The notes under the pieces: generated by a model
Database searches by the model: none
What the model was told of the DNA's origin: nothing
Seen by the model: only the letters and a program-made list of their open reading frames with translations
Shown: positions 1 through 10,335 of the stretch, one piece after another
How positions within the stretch are numbered: the first letter of the stretch is position 1
How the letters are laid out: each line of letters opens with the position of its first letter
Made by a program: the position numbers and the translations under genes
DNA from: Candidatus Saccharimonadota bacterium
GTDB lineage: Bacteria > Bacteroidota > Bacteroidia > Cytophagales > Amoebophilaceae
DNA: 32,000 bases
Reading direction: 5' to 3'
Assembly: GCF_964030745.1 (NCBI RefSeq)
Contig: NZ_OZ034918.1
Coordinates: 810,001 to 842,000, forward strand

Positions 1-306
1 CAACGCATTGCTATTGCACGTGCTGTATTAAAAGATGCCCCTATTTTAATATTAGATGAGGCGACTTCTGCATTAGATGCTGTTACTGAAACTGAAATTC
101 AAGAAAGCCTCTCTAGGATTATGGCTAATAAAACAACTATTGTGATTGCGCATAGATTGGCGGTTTTGGCTGCGATGGATCGGGTGCTGGTATTTAATGG
201 TGGTAAAATAATCGCAAGTGGATCCCATGAGACGCTTTTAAAGATTAGCCCGCTCTATGCAAATATGTGTAGGCTTCAGTTTGATGGCATGCGTTCGTTA
301 CAATAG
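1..306 (+). CDS. ABC transporter ATP-binding domain, C-terminal fragment (5' end outside window)
   Basis: Frame 1 is open from base 1. The translation [26 protein letters not shown]...TTIVIAHRL contains the post-signature Q-R-x-A-I-A-R, Walker B (ILILDEA) and H-loop (IAHRL). Stop at 304-306. Confidence 0.9.
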   Translation, partial: QRIAIARAVLKDAPILILDEATSALDAVTETEIQESLSRIMANKTTIVIAHRLAVLAAMDRVLVFNGGKIIASGSHETLLKISPLYANMCRLQFDGMRSLQ

Positions 307-309
307 GGC

Positions 310-1488
310 ATGGTGATGCATTTTTTGCTGGGTCAAAAAGCATGGTTTGCATACCTAAGGTTATTGCTTCTGGGGCTTGTTTCTTTCTTGCCCCTTTTTG
401 CATATAGTAAACCATCAGCTATTTGTGATGGTAGCGAGCCACCTCCCTTAGCCAGCAACTATTCAGCTAAGCTGCTGTGCACCATAAATGGCCAGAGCTT
501 TATAGACAATACAGAGTATTTCAATAAAATTATGGAAGGGGAGACCTTGTTTGGGTTTCATTTTCTGCCTGGTTTAACCTTTTTAATGGCTGAAGAGATA
601 GGGCTTAACTTGGGGCTCATCTGGGAGAAACACTTTGGCCATATGCAACCATGGTTTGGTATTAGGCCTGCGCTATCCATCTATTATAGCCACAAACAAA
701 CTAGTTGTGTATTGGGTATTTTTGATCTACAAGACTATCCTCCTACCTTATTAGAGCCCCTCTATGTAAGACGTAAGCCTTTTATGGAGGGATTCCATTT
801 TAAACTAGCAAAACATAAAAGCTATCTATCAGGTTGGCTCAATTGGCGCACGTTACTAGCTAAGCAAGATAACCAACCAGAAACTTTTACATTGTATTTG
901 GATGGAGCATGGTGCCAGGACCATTCAAGCCAAAAGATAAGCTGTACCATACCCTTTCAACTAGCTGTTTATCATTTAGGTGGCCAGGGCATTTCGGTAA
1001 AAGATTATAGTCTATGGTGTGGTGCGGGTGGTCTTTCCTTGCGTTTGCCCAATAGCTTTAGCGGCCCCATTTACGGGGCTAGTTATCTATTATTCAATAA
1101 ATATGTAAAAGAAATAGATCGACCTTTTAAAGCAGGGTGGGGGCAACTGCATACGATCGACTGGCGCATGAATTTTCTGGGCGTATCACTGAGTTATTGG
1201 TATGGATATCATTTTTCTTCTGAAAATATGGGCCATCTGCTCTATCAATCTATGCGTATAGAAAATCATAAGGCGATCTACTATGAACCTATCAGAAGTC
1301 TTTTATTTTTATCTATATATAGGGATTGGGTGCTCCAATCAGGTATAACGCTTCAAGTTGTTTTGAGGCCCTATTACGATTTTAGCAACCGACTGTTAGA
1401 GTATGGTTTTTCATGTAAATTGGTTTATTCTAGAAAGGTTCAGCTCACTACTTTGCGTTATGTAGATGTTCCGATGAGCAAAGCGTAG
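310..1488 (+). CDS. hypothetical exported protein, possibly outer-membrane
   Basis: 392-aa ORF with a signal-like hydrophobic N-terminus (LRLLLLGLVSFLPLFAYS) and an aromatic/Gly-rich body. It sits 4 nt after the ABC gene and 10 nt before the helicase gene. No family recognised by eye. Confidence 0.6.
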   Translation: MVMHFLLGQKAWFAYLRLLLLGLVSFLPLFAYSKPSAICDGSEPPPLASNYSAKLLCTINGQSFIDNTEYFNKIMEGETLFGFHFLPGLTFLMAEEIGLNLGLIWEKHFGHMQPWFGIRPALSIYYSHKQTSCVLGIFDLQDYPPTLLEPLYVRRKPFMEGFHFKLAKHKSYLSGWLNWRTLLAKQDNQPETFTLYLDGAWCQDHSSQKISCTIPFQLAVYHLGGQGISVKDYSLWCGAGGLSLRLPNSFSGPIYGASYLLFNKYVKEIDRPFKAGWGQLHTIDWRMNFLGVSLSYWYGYHFSSENMGHLLYQSMRIENHKAIYYEPIRSLLFLSIYRDWVLQSGITLQVVLRPYYDFSNRLLEYGFSCKLVYSRKVQLTTLRYVDVPMSKA

Positions 1489-1497
1489 GGCTAACCA

Positions 1498-4113
1498 ATG
1501 TATCTTATGGCTGAGTTATTGATCTATCGTGCTTCTGCAGGTTCTGGCAAAACCCATATATTGGTAACCCGTTATATTCAATGGGCCTTACGTTATCCAG
1601 ATGCTTTTAAGCATATCTTGGCGGTAACCTTTACCAATCGTGCAACCCAAGAAATGAAACAGCGGATGCTGGACTATTTACACAGCCTATCCATTGGGGA
1701 AGCAACTGATTTACAAGAAACGCTATGCCAAGCAGGATGGACACCTGAGCAACTACAGCTGCGCAGCAAGGAAGTACTATCCATGATGGTCTATCAGTAT
1801 GGCGATTTGTCAGTAGTCACCATCGATAGTTTCTTTTATAAGATCATTCAATCCTTTTCTAAAGAGATGGGATTACAGCACCATTTTGCTATTGAAATGG
1901 ATGAACCACTCGCTTTGCAAGAAACCGTAGATACATTGACTACCTTGGATGATCCACTGCTTCAACAGTGGATGGTGGATTTTGCACTTACCAAACTATT
2001 GGCTGGTAAAAATTGGAATATCAAAAGTCACATTCAGGAGTTGGGTAAAGCGCTTTTTGATGAATCCTTTAAGCTACATGAAAGCGCACTATTAACCGTT
2101 TTGCAGGAGGCATGGCCCCACTGCTTATTAGAAACACAAGCAGTGGTGCGCTCCTTTGAAGAAAGGATGCAGGCAATAGGCCAAACTGCTTTAAATATAG
2201 TCCAACAGGAGGGCCTTACACCAGCAGATTTTACCTATGGTACCAAAGGAGTAATAGGCTATTTTTTAAAATTAGCCAGCAAAAAAGATTTGAGACCGAC
2301 CAAACGGGCTGTTATAGGAAGCAGCGATCTGACCAGTTGGTATCCCAAACAAAAAACCAATACATCCGGCCATATCGCTAAGGTAGTAGCGCATTTACTC
2401 CATCCTTTGCTGATGGAGGCGGTAACCTTATATGAAGCAGAGGGCTTAGCCTACAGAACTGCTATCGTGGGAAGCCGTTTTACTTATGCCTTTGGTATGA
2501 TTGGCGCATTGCTTATAGGATTGGCGCAATATAGATCTAGAAAGCATCTTTTGTTTATGTCAGATATTGCCGCCTTACTGTATCAAGCCATTCAGGGAAA
2601 CGATACACCCTATCTATATGAAAAAATAGGCCATCAATTTCATCATTTTCTCATAGATGAATTTCAAGACCTTTCTCTTTTTCAATGGATGAATATTCAG
2701 CCATTATTACGCAATAGCCTTGCAGAAGGCTATTCTAGTTTATTAGTAGGAGATGTCAAACAATCTATTTACCGTTGGCGTGGAAGTAATTGGAAGCTTT
2801 TGAACCATCAAGTGGCAGCAACCTTTAAAGAAAGCACCCTGCATGGTTTAACAACCAATAGGCGAAGTTGTGAAGTTATTGTGTTATTTAACAATTATTT
2901 CTTTAAGAGAGCTGCAGGTCAACTGGTTGATTATCTCGCATCTAATGTTCCCGCTATGGATCCACTGCCCTATGAGTTGGCCCAAATGCGACGGGCCTAT
3001 GACGACGTAGCACAACAAACCAATCCTAAGAAAGGAGGTTGTGTAGAACTATTTTTGCTCCGTTCTGATACAACAGCAAACCATCCTACTGATTGGAAAA
3101 TAAATGCACAAAAAGCCTTTATATCTACACTAGAACAGTTGGCAAAAGCGGCCATTCCAGCAAAGGATATCGTTGTATTGGTTCGGAATAATAGCGAAGC
3201 TATTTTGCTAACCAGTTTGCATACTGCTGTCCCCTATAAGGTAGTATCGGACCAGGCCCATTCTTTAGGCAGCCATATAGCCATAAAGGTATTGATACAT
3301 GCATTATACTATCTTAGCAATGAAGATGATCTGATCAATACAGTTGCCTGGATAGAGGCATATGATAGTTGTTACCCATCCGCTATGGGGCACCATGCTA
3401 GATATTGTGCAGCCGTAGATGGTGGGATACAAAAGCGCTTTCCTGGGTCATTTTGGGCCCAAAAGGATTTTTTAAAACAGCTATCTGTCTATACCTGTGT
3501 GGAGTTATTGATTGCCTGTTTATTTGAAATTCCGCATGACTTTGGCGATGTGTTGGCTTTTTTTCAGAGTGTAGTTTTAAATTTTTTTCTTACAGAATCT
3601 CCTTCTATAGAGGCATTTTTAGTTTGGTGGGAAAAAAAAGGTCGAGCGATAAAGTTACCCACAAGTGATCAGGAAGATGTGATCAAGGTAATGACCATTC
3701 ATCAATCTAAAGGATTGGCATTTAAGGTAGTCATCATGCCCTTTTGTAGTTGGGGGTTGGACCATTCAGCACAGAATGGTCCCATATTATGGAGCGTACA
3801 CCATCCACAACCCGCATATTTCCCTATATGGCCCATCAGCTATGGCACAGATTTAAAAGAAACCCATTATGCAAAAGACTATTACCTAGAGCAGATGCAA
3901 ATACATCTAGATAGCCTCAATTTACTCTATGTAGCTTTTACAAGGGCCGAATCACGACTCTATGTTACGGCGCCCCTTCCAGATAAGTTGGAAGGTATGG
4001 CAACCATTGCGGATCTAATCTACCAGTCATTGGTAGGTGATGAAACAGATTGTTTATGTGGAGAAGCAGCTGTACAAGAGACAGCTGCAGGCATAAAGTT
4101 TTCTTTTAGGTGA
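1498..4113 (+). CDS. UvrD/REP superfamily-1 helicase, AddA/RecB-like, without a recognisable C-terminal nuclease domain
   Basis: Walker A ASAGSGKTH near the N-terminus, motif II LIDEFQD, motif III VGDVKQSIYRWRG, motif V/VI TIHQSKGL and YVAFTRAESRLYV. Confidence 0.85.
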   Translation: MYLMAELLIYRASAGSGKTHILVTRYIQWALRYPDAFKHILAVTFTNRATQEMKQRMLDYLHSLSIGEATDLQETLCQAGWTPEQLQLRSKEVLSMMVYQYGDLSVVTIDSFFYKIIQSFSKEMGLQHHFAIEMDEPLALQETVDTLTTLDDPLLQQWMVDFALTKLLAGKNWNIKSHIQELGKALFDESFKLHESALLTVLQEAWPHCLLETQAVVRSFEERMQAIGQTALNIVQQEGLTPADFTYGTKGVIGYFLKLASKKDLRPTKRAVIGSSDLTSWYPKQKTNTSGHIAKVVAHLLHPLLMEAVTLYEAEGLAYRTAIVGSRFTYAFGMIGALLIGLAQYRSRKHLLFMSDIAALLYQAIQGNDTPYLYEKIGHQFHHFLIDEFQDLSLFQWMNIQPLLRNSLAEGYSSLLVGDVKQSIYRWRGSNWKLLNHQVAATFKESTLHGLTTNRRSCEVIVLFNNYFFKRAAGQLVDYLASNVPAMDPLPYELAQMRRAYDDVAQQTNPKKGGCVELFLLRSDTTANHPTDWKINAQKAFISTLEQLAKAAIPAKDIVVLVRNNSEAILLTSLHTAVPYKVVSDQAHSLGSHIAIKVLIHALYYLSNEDDLINTVAWIEAYDSCYPSAMGHHARYCAAVDGGIQKRFPGSFWAQKDFLKQLSVYTCVELLIACLFEIPHDFGDVLAFFQSVVLNFFLTESPSIEAFLVWWEKKGRAIKLPTSDQEDVIKVMTIHQSKGLAFKVVIMPFCSWGLDHSAQNGPILWSVHHPQPAYFPIWPISYGTDLKETHYAKDYYLEQMQIHLDSLNLLYVAFTRAESRLYVTAPLPDKLEGMATIADLIYQSLVGDETDCLCGEAAVQETAAGIKFSFR

Positions 4114-4120
4114 GATACAT

Positions 4121-4780
4121 TTACATACCATAAGCATGCACCAAATACTTTTCTCTAAAAAAGGGCTCGGTAAAATACCGCTTGATTGGATATAGATCCA
4201 TAGATAATGGAAGGGTCTCAAATGGCGCTCCCTTGAGATAGAGGATGCCATTAGGCAAACTATTTTTACTTTTTAGAGCTATTTTATCTTTTACCCAACT
4301 ATAAAACAAGTTTAGATTGGTAACGCCCCTGCCCACTATAAAATCATAGACTCCTTTTATGCGTTCTCCCCTTGCCCAAGAAACCCTAATATTCTTTAAT
4401 CCAAGTGTGTCTGCGATTGCTTCTACTGCTTGTATCTTTTTTAATGTAGCATCCACTAAATGAAAATCCACCTCTGGCAAGGCGATGGCCAAAGGAATAC
4501 CAGGGAAGCCTCCTCCTGTGCCAAAATCTAAAATCCTAGTATGGGCAGTAAAAGTAATAACCTTAGCAATAGCCAAGGAATGCAAGACATGGTGGAGGTA
4601 AAGATGGTCTATATCTTTGCGAGATATCAAATTGATGGTGGCATTCCAATCGGCATATATAGCACCTAAACGGTCAAAAAGAGCTATTTGAGTGGGTGAT
4701 AAGTCAGGAAAATAATGGCATACAATGGAAGCTGTATACAAATTTTTTGGTAAATCCATTTTTTTATAAGCTGAGCGCAT
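4121..4780 (-). CDS. rsmG: 16S rRNA (guanine527-N7)-methyltransferase RsmG (GidB)
   Basis: 219 aa with the SAM-binding motif ILDFGTGGGFPGIPLAIA, typical RsmG length and overall pattern. The start overlaps the hslV stop by 1 nt. Confidence 0.9.
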   Translation of the reverse strand: MRSAYKKMDLPKNLYTASIVCHYFPDLSPTQIALFDRLGAIYADWNATINLISRKDIDHLYLHHVLHSLAIAKVITFTAHTRILDFGTGGGFPGIPLAIALPEVDFHLVDATLKKIQAVEAIADTLGLKNIRVSWARGERIKGVYDFIVGRGVTNLNLFYSWVKDKIALKSKNSLPNGILYLKGAPFETLPLSMDLYPIKRYFTEPFFREKYLVHAYGM

Positions 4781-5340
4781 CAGACGGTTACATCATCCTG
4801 ATTTTGCAAAGTTTCAAATACAAAATTGTGGTTGGTATAAATACAAGTATCTGCTGTTATGGTCAAGCTTTCTCGAACCATTTCCATAGCGGTTAAATGA
4901 GGCGCATGTTTCATCAAAGCTATGGCAGCAGATTGTGCATACATGCTGCCAGATCCAATAGCTGCTAAGGGATAATCTGGTTCCAATACATCACCTGTAC
5001 CACTAACGATTAACAATGCTTCTCGATTGGCTACTATTAACATCGCTTCTAACCGCTTGAGCATGCGATCTGTACGCCAATCCTTAGCCAATTCAATGGC
5101 TGACCGTTTCATGTTGCCATGATAGCTTTGCAGCTTTTCTTCAAAGCGCTCTAACAAGGTAAATGCATCAGCTGTAGAACCAGCAAAACCGGCTAAAATC
5201 TTTCCGCCAAAAAGCTTTCTTACCTTCTTAACATGCTGCTTGGCAACAGTATGGCCAAATGTAGCCTGGCCATCTGCACCAATGACTACTTCTCCATGAT
5301 GGATCATCGCTAAAACAGTGGTCGACTTCACTTGGGTCAT
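4780..5340 (-). CDS. hslV: ATP-dependent protease subunit HslV
   Basis: 186 aa. The N-terminal TTVLAM...GDGQ-like pattern (STTVLAMIHHGEVVIGADGQATFG), GGKILAGFAGSTADAFTLLERFE and AIGSGS motifs are typical of HslV. Confidence 0.92.
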   Translation of the reverse strand: MTQVKSTTVLAMIHHGEVVIGADGQATFGHTVAKQHVKKVRKLFGGKILAGFAGSTADAFTLLERFEEKLQSYHGNMKRSAIELAKDWRTDRMLKRLEAMLIVANREALLIVSGTGDVLEPDYPLAAIGSGSMYAQSAAIALMKHAPHLTAMEMVRESLTITADTCIYTNHNFVFETLQNQDDVTV

Positions 5341-5362
5341 ATAATTGGTATGGGCTAAAGGT

Positions 5363-6610
5363 TTATAACAATAGACGCAGTGGTTCTTCCAACAACGCTT
5401 TTAAAGTGGACAAAAAGGATGCCCCTACTGCGCCATCTACAACACGATGGTCACAAGATAAGGTAACTTGTAACATATGCGCAGGAATAATTTGATTGTC
5501 TTGAACAATAGGTATTTGCTGCACCGCACCAACCGCTAAAATACAAGCCGCTGGTGGGTTGATAATAGCGGAAAAAGAGGTTATACCCAACATACCTAGA
5601 TTGGAAATGGTAAAGGTAGCCCCTATATAATCTTTAGCAGTTAGCTTTTGGGATTGGTCAGATAGTCTTTTGACTTCTTTACTAATGGATACGAGTGGTT
5701 TTTGGTCTGCAAAACGAACAACAGGCACGACTAAACCTTCTTCTACCGCTACTGCGATACCGATATGAACATGTTGATACTGTCTAATCTTATCGATTAA
5801 CCATGCAGCATTTAGTTTGGGATGTTGGGTGAGGGCTAAAGCAGTAGCTTTAATAATCATATCATTAATGGAAATTTTGGTCTCTGTATGGTGGTTCAGC
5901 TCTGCACGTAATGCAACAGCTTTATTCATATTGATGCCAATGGTTAAGTAGAAATGTGGAATATTCATTTTGCTGTCTGTCAGCACATTGGCTATGGTCT
6001 GACGCATAGCAGAAATAGAGAAATCTTGATGCGATGGTCCAGTAGGCTGTCCACCCATCCAAGTTTGATCCAAAGGACTGGGAACAAATTGCATCACATC
6101 CTTTTTAACCACCCGTCCTGCTTCACCAGAACCTTGAATCTGCGTGAGGTCATATCCTTTTTCCTTAGCTATTTTTTTTGCTAGTGGCGAAGCAAAAAAC
6201 CGATCTGAAGAGGGAAGCGGCTCAGCAGGTGGCAGTGCGACAGCAGCACCGGTAGCCTCATTTATAGCAGCACCCGGACCAGCAACCTCATCTACAGAAT
6301 CAGTAGAAACAGCCGAATCAGCAGCCCCACTTGCAGAAGCAATACTGGCCAGCAAAGCATTAATATCTTCTCCCGCTTCTCCTATAATAGCAATAATATC
6401 ATGCACCTGTACCGCTGATTTTTCAGCTACACCTATATAGAGCAGTGTACCATCATCATAGGCTTCCAACTCCATAGTAGCCTTGTCAGTCTCTACTTCA
6501 GCAAGTATATCCCCGGCCGCCACCTTATCTCCCACCTGCTTTACCCAACGGCTTATGATACCTTGCTGCATGGTATCACTCATTTTAGGCATCCTAATGA
6601 ACTCTGCCAT
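5363..6610 (-). CDS. pdhC: dihydrolipoamide acetyltransferase, E2 component of the pyruvate dehydrogenase complex
   Basis: Single lipoyl domain (EVETDKATMELEA), Ala/Pro/Ser linker, a subunit-binding domain ASPLAKKIAKEKGYDLTQIQGSGEAGRVVKKDV (PDH-type SPLAKK motif) and catalytic DHRVVDGA. Confidence 0.88.
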   Translation of the reverse strand: MAEFIRMPKMSDTMQQGIISRWVKQVGDKVAAGDILAEVETDKATMELEAYDDGTLLYIGVAEKSAVQVHDIIAIIGEAGEDINALLASIASASGAADSAVSTDSVDEVAGPGAAINEATGAAVALPPAEPLPSSDRFFASPLAKKIAKEKGYDLTQIQGSGEAGRVVKKDVMQFVPSPLDQTWMGGQPTGPSHQDFSISAMRQTIANVLTDSKMNIPHFYLTIGINMNKAVALRAELNHHTETKISINDMIIKATALALTQHPKLNAAWLIDKIRQYQHVHIGIAVAVEEGLVVPVVRFADQKPLVSISKEVKRLSDQSQKLTAKDYIGATFTISNLGMLGITSFSAIINPPAACILAVGAVQQIPIVQDNQIIPAHMLQVTLSCDHRVVDGAVGASFLSTLKALLEEPLRLLL

Positions 6611-6785
6611 ATGCTTTTATATAACAAATTAAAAATAATCTCATACTACTTTGAATAGCTAGAACAGGATGCATATTCATTAAATTTAGAATAAATTTAC
6701 ATATAATTTAGCAACTATAAGGAACTTATATGGCATACTTCTTTATCAAGCCAAAGGTAACATACAAATTCCTTACTTTACACCA

Positions 6786-8114
6786 ATGTTAACATCTTTT
6801 TTATCCTTTCTACAACGCCATCAGTTGATTGCAGATAGCGACCAAACCACCCTTTTAGCGGTCAGCGGTGGCGTAGATTCTGTGGTACTGGCGCATCTTT
6901 TTAAAAAAGCAGGCCTGCCTTTTGCCATAGCCCATTGTAATTTCAACCTACGTGGTGCAGAAGCAGAGGCTGCAACCGCATTTGTAGAAGAGTTAGCGGC
7001 ATCCTATCAGGTGCCTTTTTATAGTACCCGATTTGATACTGCCACCTTTGCATCCAGCCAAAAAATTTCCATACAAATGGCTGCTAGAAGCTTGCGCTAT
7101 CAATTTTTCCATAAGCTGCTGCAACAAGAGGGATGGCATCGCATCGCCACTGCACACCACTGGGATGATGCTACTGAAACGATTCTATTAAACTTTATTA
7201 AAGGAACAGGTATTAAGGGGTTTTATGGTATACAACCCATATATGGACAGGTTATACGCCCTTTGTTGTTTGCTAGAAAAAAGGCAATAATAGATTACGC
7301 ACAACAAGAAAAACTCCATTGGCATGAAGACAGCTCCAATAGATGCAACCACTATCAAAGAAATTTTATACGTAACAAAATCATTCCCCTTTTGCATCAA
7401 GTCAATCCAAACTTTGAAGCAACTACGTGGGAAACAGCTACAAAATTAAAAGAGACAGGTGCCTTCTTTGACCATCATCTGGCTCAGATTAAAAAAGAGC
7501 TAAGCACTTTTAAAGATGGCATCCATTACCTAGCCATCCACCGGATCATCCATCAGCCATGGGCTGCTACTATCGCATTTGAGCTATTGCGCCCTTATGG
7601 CTTTACCTTTCAGCAAATTAAAAAGCTGATCACAGCCCCTATGAATAGTGGAAAACGGATCGATACAACAGACTATACGCTCTATGTAGATAGAAAAAAT
7701 TGGCTGATTATCAAAAAAAGTAGCTCATGTCTTCACCAAGCAACCATTTCGGATACCAGACGATCCATCATATATGGCGGCCACGTTTTAGCTATTCAAG
7801 TTTACGATAGCGCCGACTATGTGCTCAAAAAAACAGCAATGATCGGTGCATTTGATTACCATAGGTTACAGTTTCCACTAATCATACGTCCATGGAAAGC
7901 TGGAGATGTTTTCCATCCCATTGGCATGCAAGGGCGTAAAAAAGTTAGCGATTTATTGATCGATCTTAAAATACCAATGGCCATTAAACAGAAGATACCA
8001 GTGGTTACCAGTAATGATCAGATCATATGGGTAGTAGGCCACCGAATAGATGAACGTTTTAAAGTAACCCAGAGGACAAAAGCAGTATTTGAAATAGTCG
8101 CAAGCCCGCTGTAA
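6786..8114 (+). CDS. tilS: tRNA(Ile)-lysidine synthase
   Basis: 442 aa with the PP-loop LLAVSGGVDSVVL, the conserved ATAHHWDDxxET block and a C-terminal TilS-type domain (RPWKAGDxFxPxGMxGxKKVSDLLID). Confidence 0.9.
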   Translation: MLTSFLSFLQRHQLIADSDQTTLLAVSGGVDSVVLAHLFKKAGLPFAIAHCNFNLRGAEAEAATAFVEELAASYQVPFYSTRFDTATFASSQKISIQMAARSLRYQFFHKLLQQEGWHRIATAHHWDDATETILLNFIKGTGIKGFYGIQPIYGQVIRPLLFARKKAIIDYAQQEKLHWHEDSSNRCNHYQRNFIRNKIIPLLHQVNPNFEATTWETATKLKETGAFFDHHLAQIKKELSTFKDGIHYLAIHRIIHQPWAATIAFELLRPYGFTFQQIKKLITAPMNSGKRIDTTDYTLYVDRKNWLIIKKSSSCLHQATISDTRRSIIYGGHVLAIQVYDSADYVLKKTAMIGAFDYHRLQFPLIIRPWKAGDVFHPIGMQGRKKVSDLLIDLKIPMAIKQKIPVVTSNDQIIWVVGHRIDERFKVTQRTKAVFEIVASPL

Positions 8115-8137
8115 TATTCACAACTACCACCTTGCCT

Positions 8138-9535
8138 TTATTTTTTTCCTTTAGGAAGCAAATAATGGACCACCACCATAACGAGTCCATTGGCCAACAT
8201 AGCCATAAAAGCACCATTCATAGCGGTAACTGGCTCTATCCATTTATTCCAAGCCAAAATAGTCAACATCCCTGTAGCCATGCCTATCAACGCACTACGT
8301 GAGCTACCTCTAAACCCTAAAACTGCTAAGATAAAAGGAGCCGTTACGATTGGTATGAAGCAATCAAAACGCAACTGTAACAAGACAAACAAATCGCTGC
8401 AGTATAAACTGAGTAGGATCGTAATGATACCTATACATAAAGCAGTTAGCCTAGCCCATCGAAGCTGACGATGGTAAGGCACCGACTTTTTATTCATAAT
8501 ACTACACACGATATCATTACTAAACATAACCGAACAGCTATTTAGGTAAGCATCAGCTGTAGACATAGCCATCGTTAACAAACTCATAACCACAAACCCT
8601 TTACAGATGGGCGAAATATGGGCCATTATATAACTCCAAACTCCTTCTACCAATAAATCGGGAGCAGCTACATAAGTATAAAGTCCAAGTAAGATTATAA
8701 AAAAACTTACAAACAAACTTAAAAAACTAGCAAAGAAGAAAACCATACTGGCCTGCAAACAATTGGCCGACATATAAATTTTCTGTATAGTCGGAGGATT
8801 GATACCGGCCACTAGACTAGAGAGGAAAAGTGTCAAAATAGTCAATTTTTTGGGTTCAACCTGAAACAACTTATCAAACTGAAAATTTTCTTGTGTGGCT
8901 GAAAAAGCGAGGATTTCTGGCTTGCCAGTTGCCTCAAATATCGAGAAAGCTAGAAATGGAATGATCAGAAAAAAGACAAAGGTTTGTGTGATATCTGTAA
9001 AAGTAATGATGCGAATACCCCCGATACGGGAATAGAAAAACAAAATTAAGCTAACAAACAGCGTGATCATACTGGGATGCACCCAATCTATGCACATACC
9101 AATAGATCGGGACATCACATTAACTTGAATGGCAATGGTTACAATGGAAAAACAAATATTGGATAGGCTTGCCACAATTCTGGGATACTGGCCATATACA
9201 CGGCTGATACTCTCTGACATAGATAGGTTGCGCATAAATGGCCTCATATGTAAAGCCAGCCAACTGATGACCCAGTAGGGTAAAAAACTGCTCAAAAGCA
9301 TGAAAATCACCCATAAAATCCCAAAATTATGGATCTGCTCTACACCAATCATTAATCTTCCTCCTCCATAGATTAACGCCAATAACGTACCAATCAAAGG
9401 TGCCGTATTCAATGCTTGATCCCCCAGAACATATTCTCGAAACGAAGTCGAAATTCTGGTAAAGAAAACACCAATACCTAAGGTTAACAACAAAAAACCC
9501 CCTACCATCAGCAGAGGAATATTAAGAACGCTCAT
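8138..9535 (-). CDS. sodium:solute symporter family (SSF) membrane transporter; substrate unknown
   Basis: 465-aa highly hydrophobic ORF with about 12-13 predicted helices. The N-terminal pattern resembles SSF permeases. Assignment by overall architecture only. Confidence 0.65.
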   Translation of the reverse strand: MSVLNIPLLMVGGFLLLTLGIGVFFTRISTSFREYVLGDQALNTAPLIGTLLALIYGGGRLMIGVEQIHNFGILWVIFMLLSSFLPYWVISWLALHMRPFMRNLSMSESISRVYGQYPRIVASLSNICFSIVTIAIQVNVMSRSIGMCIDWVHPSMITLFVSLILFFYSRIGGIRIITFTDITQTFVFFLIIPFLAFSIFEATGKPEILAFSATQENFQFDKLFQVEPKKLTILTLFLSSLVAGINPPTIQKIYMSANCLQASMVFFFASFLSLFVSFFIILLGLYTYVAAPDLLVEGVWSYIMAHISPICKGFVVMSLLTMAMSTADAYLNSCSVMFSNDIVCSIMNKKSVPYHRQLRWARLTALCIGIITILLSLYCSDLFVLLQLRFDCFIPIVTAPFILAVLGFRGSSRSALIGMATGMLTILAWNKWIEPVTAMNGAFMAMLANGLVMVVVHYLLPKGKK

Positions 9536-10335
9536 AAAAATGTAAATAAATAACTAGATTCAACTATACCAACAGAGAAAATAAGGGTATATTGTACGAT
9601 ATAGGTGTGGGATAAATTATTATGCTAATAATCAGGGTTAAATATAAAATTAATCAGAAGAGTGATCAAACCAAGGGTGCTTGTTCCAATCAAATTTTTT
9701 TAAAAAATCTGTTTTATTTAGTGAAATAAAATCTATATCTATAGTCATATATATAATGATTGTAATCTCCTAATGCATATTAGGACCCCAATTATAAGCA
9801 TTTTTTGCAAAGGAATCAAGGAATTGTGTTACACCTATCTGTTCAACTGGAAGTGTGCACTCAATATCGTCAATTTAATACATAAATATTGCTGTTTATT
9901 AAACATAAAAGTATTTTTTTGTATCTATTCACGCCTATGGCTGCGCCCCTTATCTCCTTCGCTAAAAAGTCTGGCCCTATAGTAAATAGCTGAATTGATA
10001 TCTTTTTCCCGCTGAACAATAGTTTCATTGCCTTTACTGCGCGCCAAATCTTTTATCGGTGGCTATAAGTGCTGCGTATACCAATACTCCATGTAAAAAA
10101 TGCTGTTCTATTTAATAGTCAATAATATTTATCTCTTAAGCCCGCGCCATCGCAAGGACAGATGCTTTTTTTACATAAAATGAGGCTGTTGTGATAGGTT
10201 GATGGTATAATTTTCATTATACAGATTGTTTAAATACGTCCATTTTTGCTTTTGTATAATTTATTTCATATTTCCTAGCAAGGGGTGGCTTTCATTTGGG
10301 CTAACCTAATTTTCATCTTTAAACTGGTCTAGCTA

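Noticed and set aside
9773-9982. 69-aa plus-strand ORF in the 9.5-10.3 kb gap
   Set aside because: The translation is Cys/Ile/Leu-rich and low-complexity. It has no motifs and no supporting context, so it is likely a chance ORF in AT-rich DNA.
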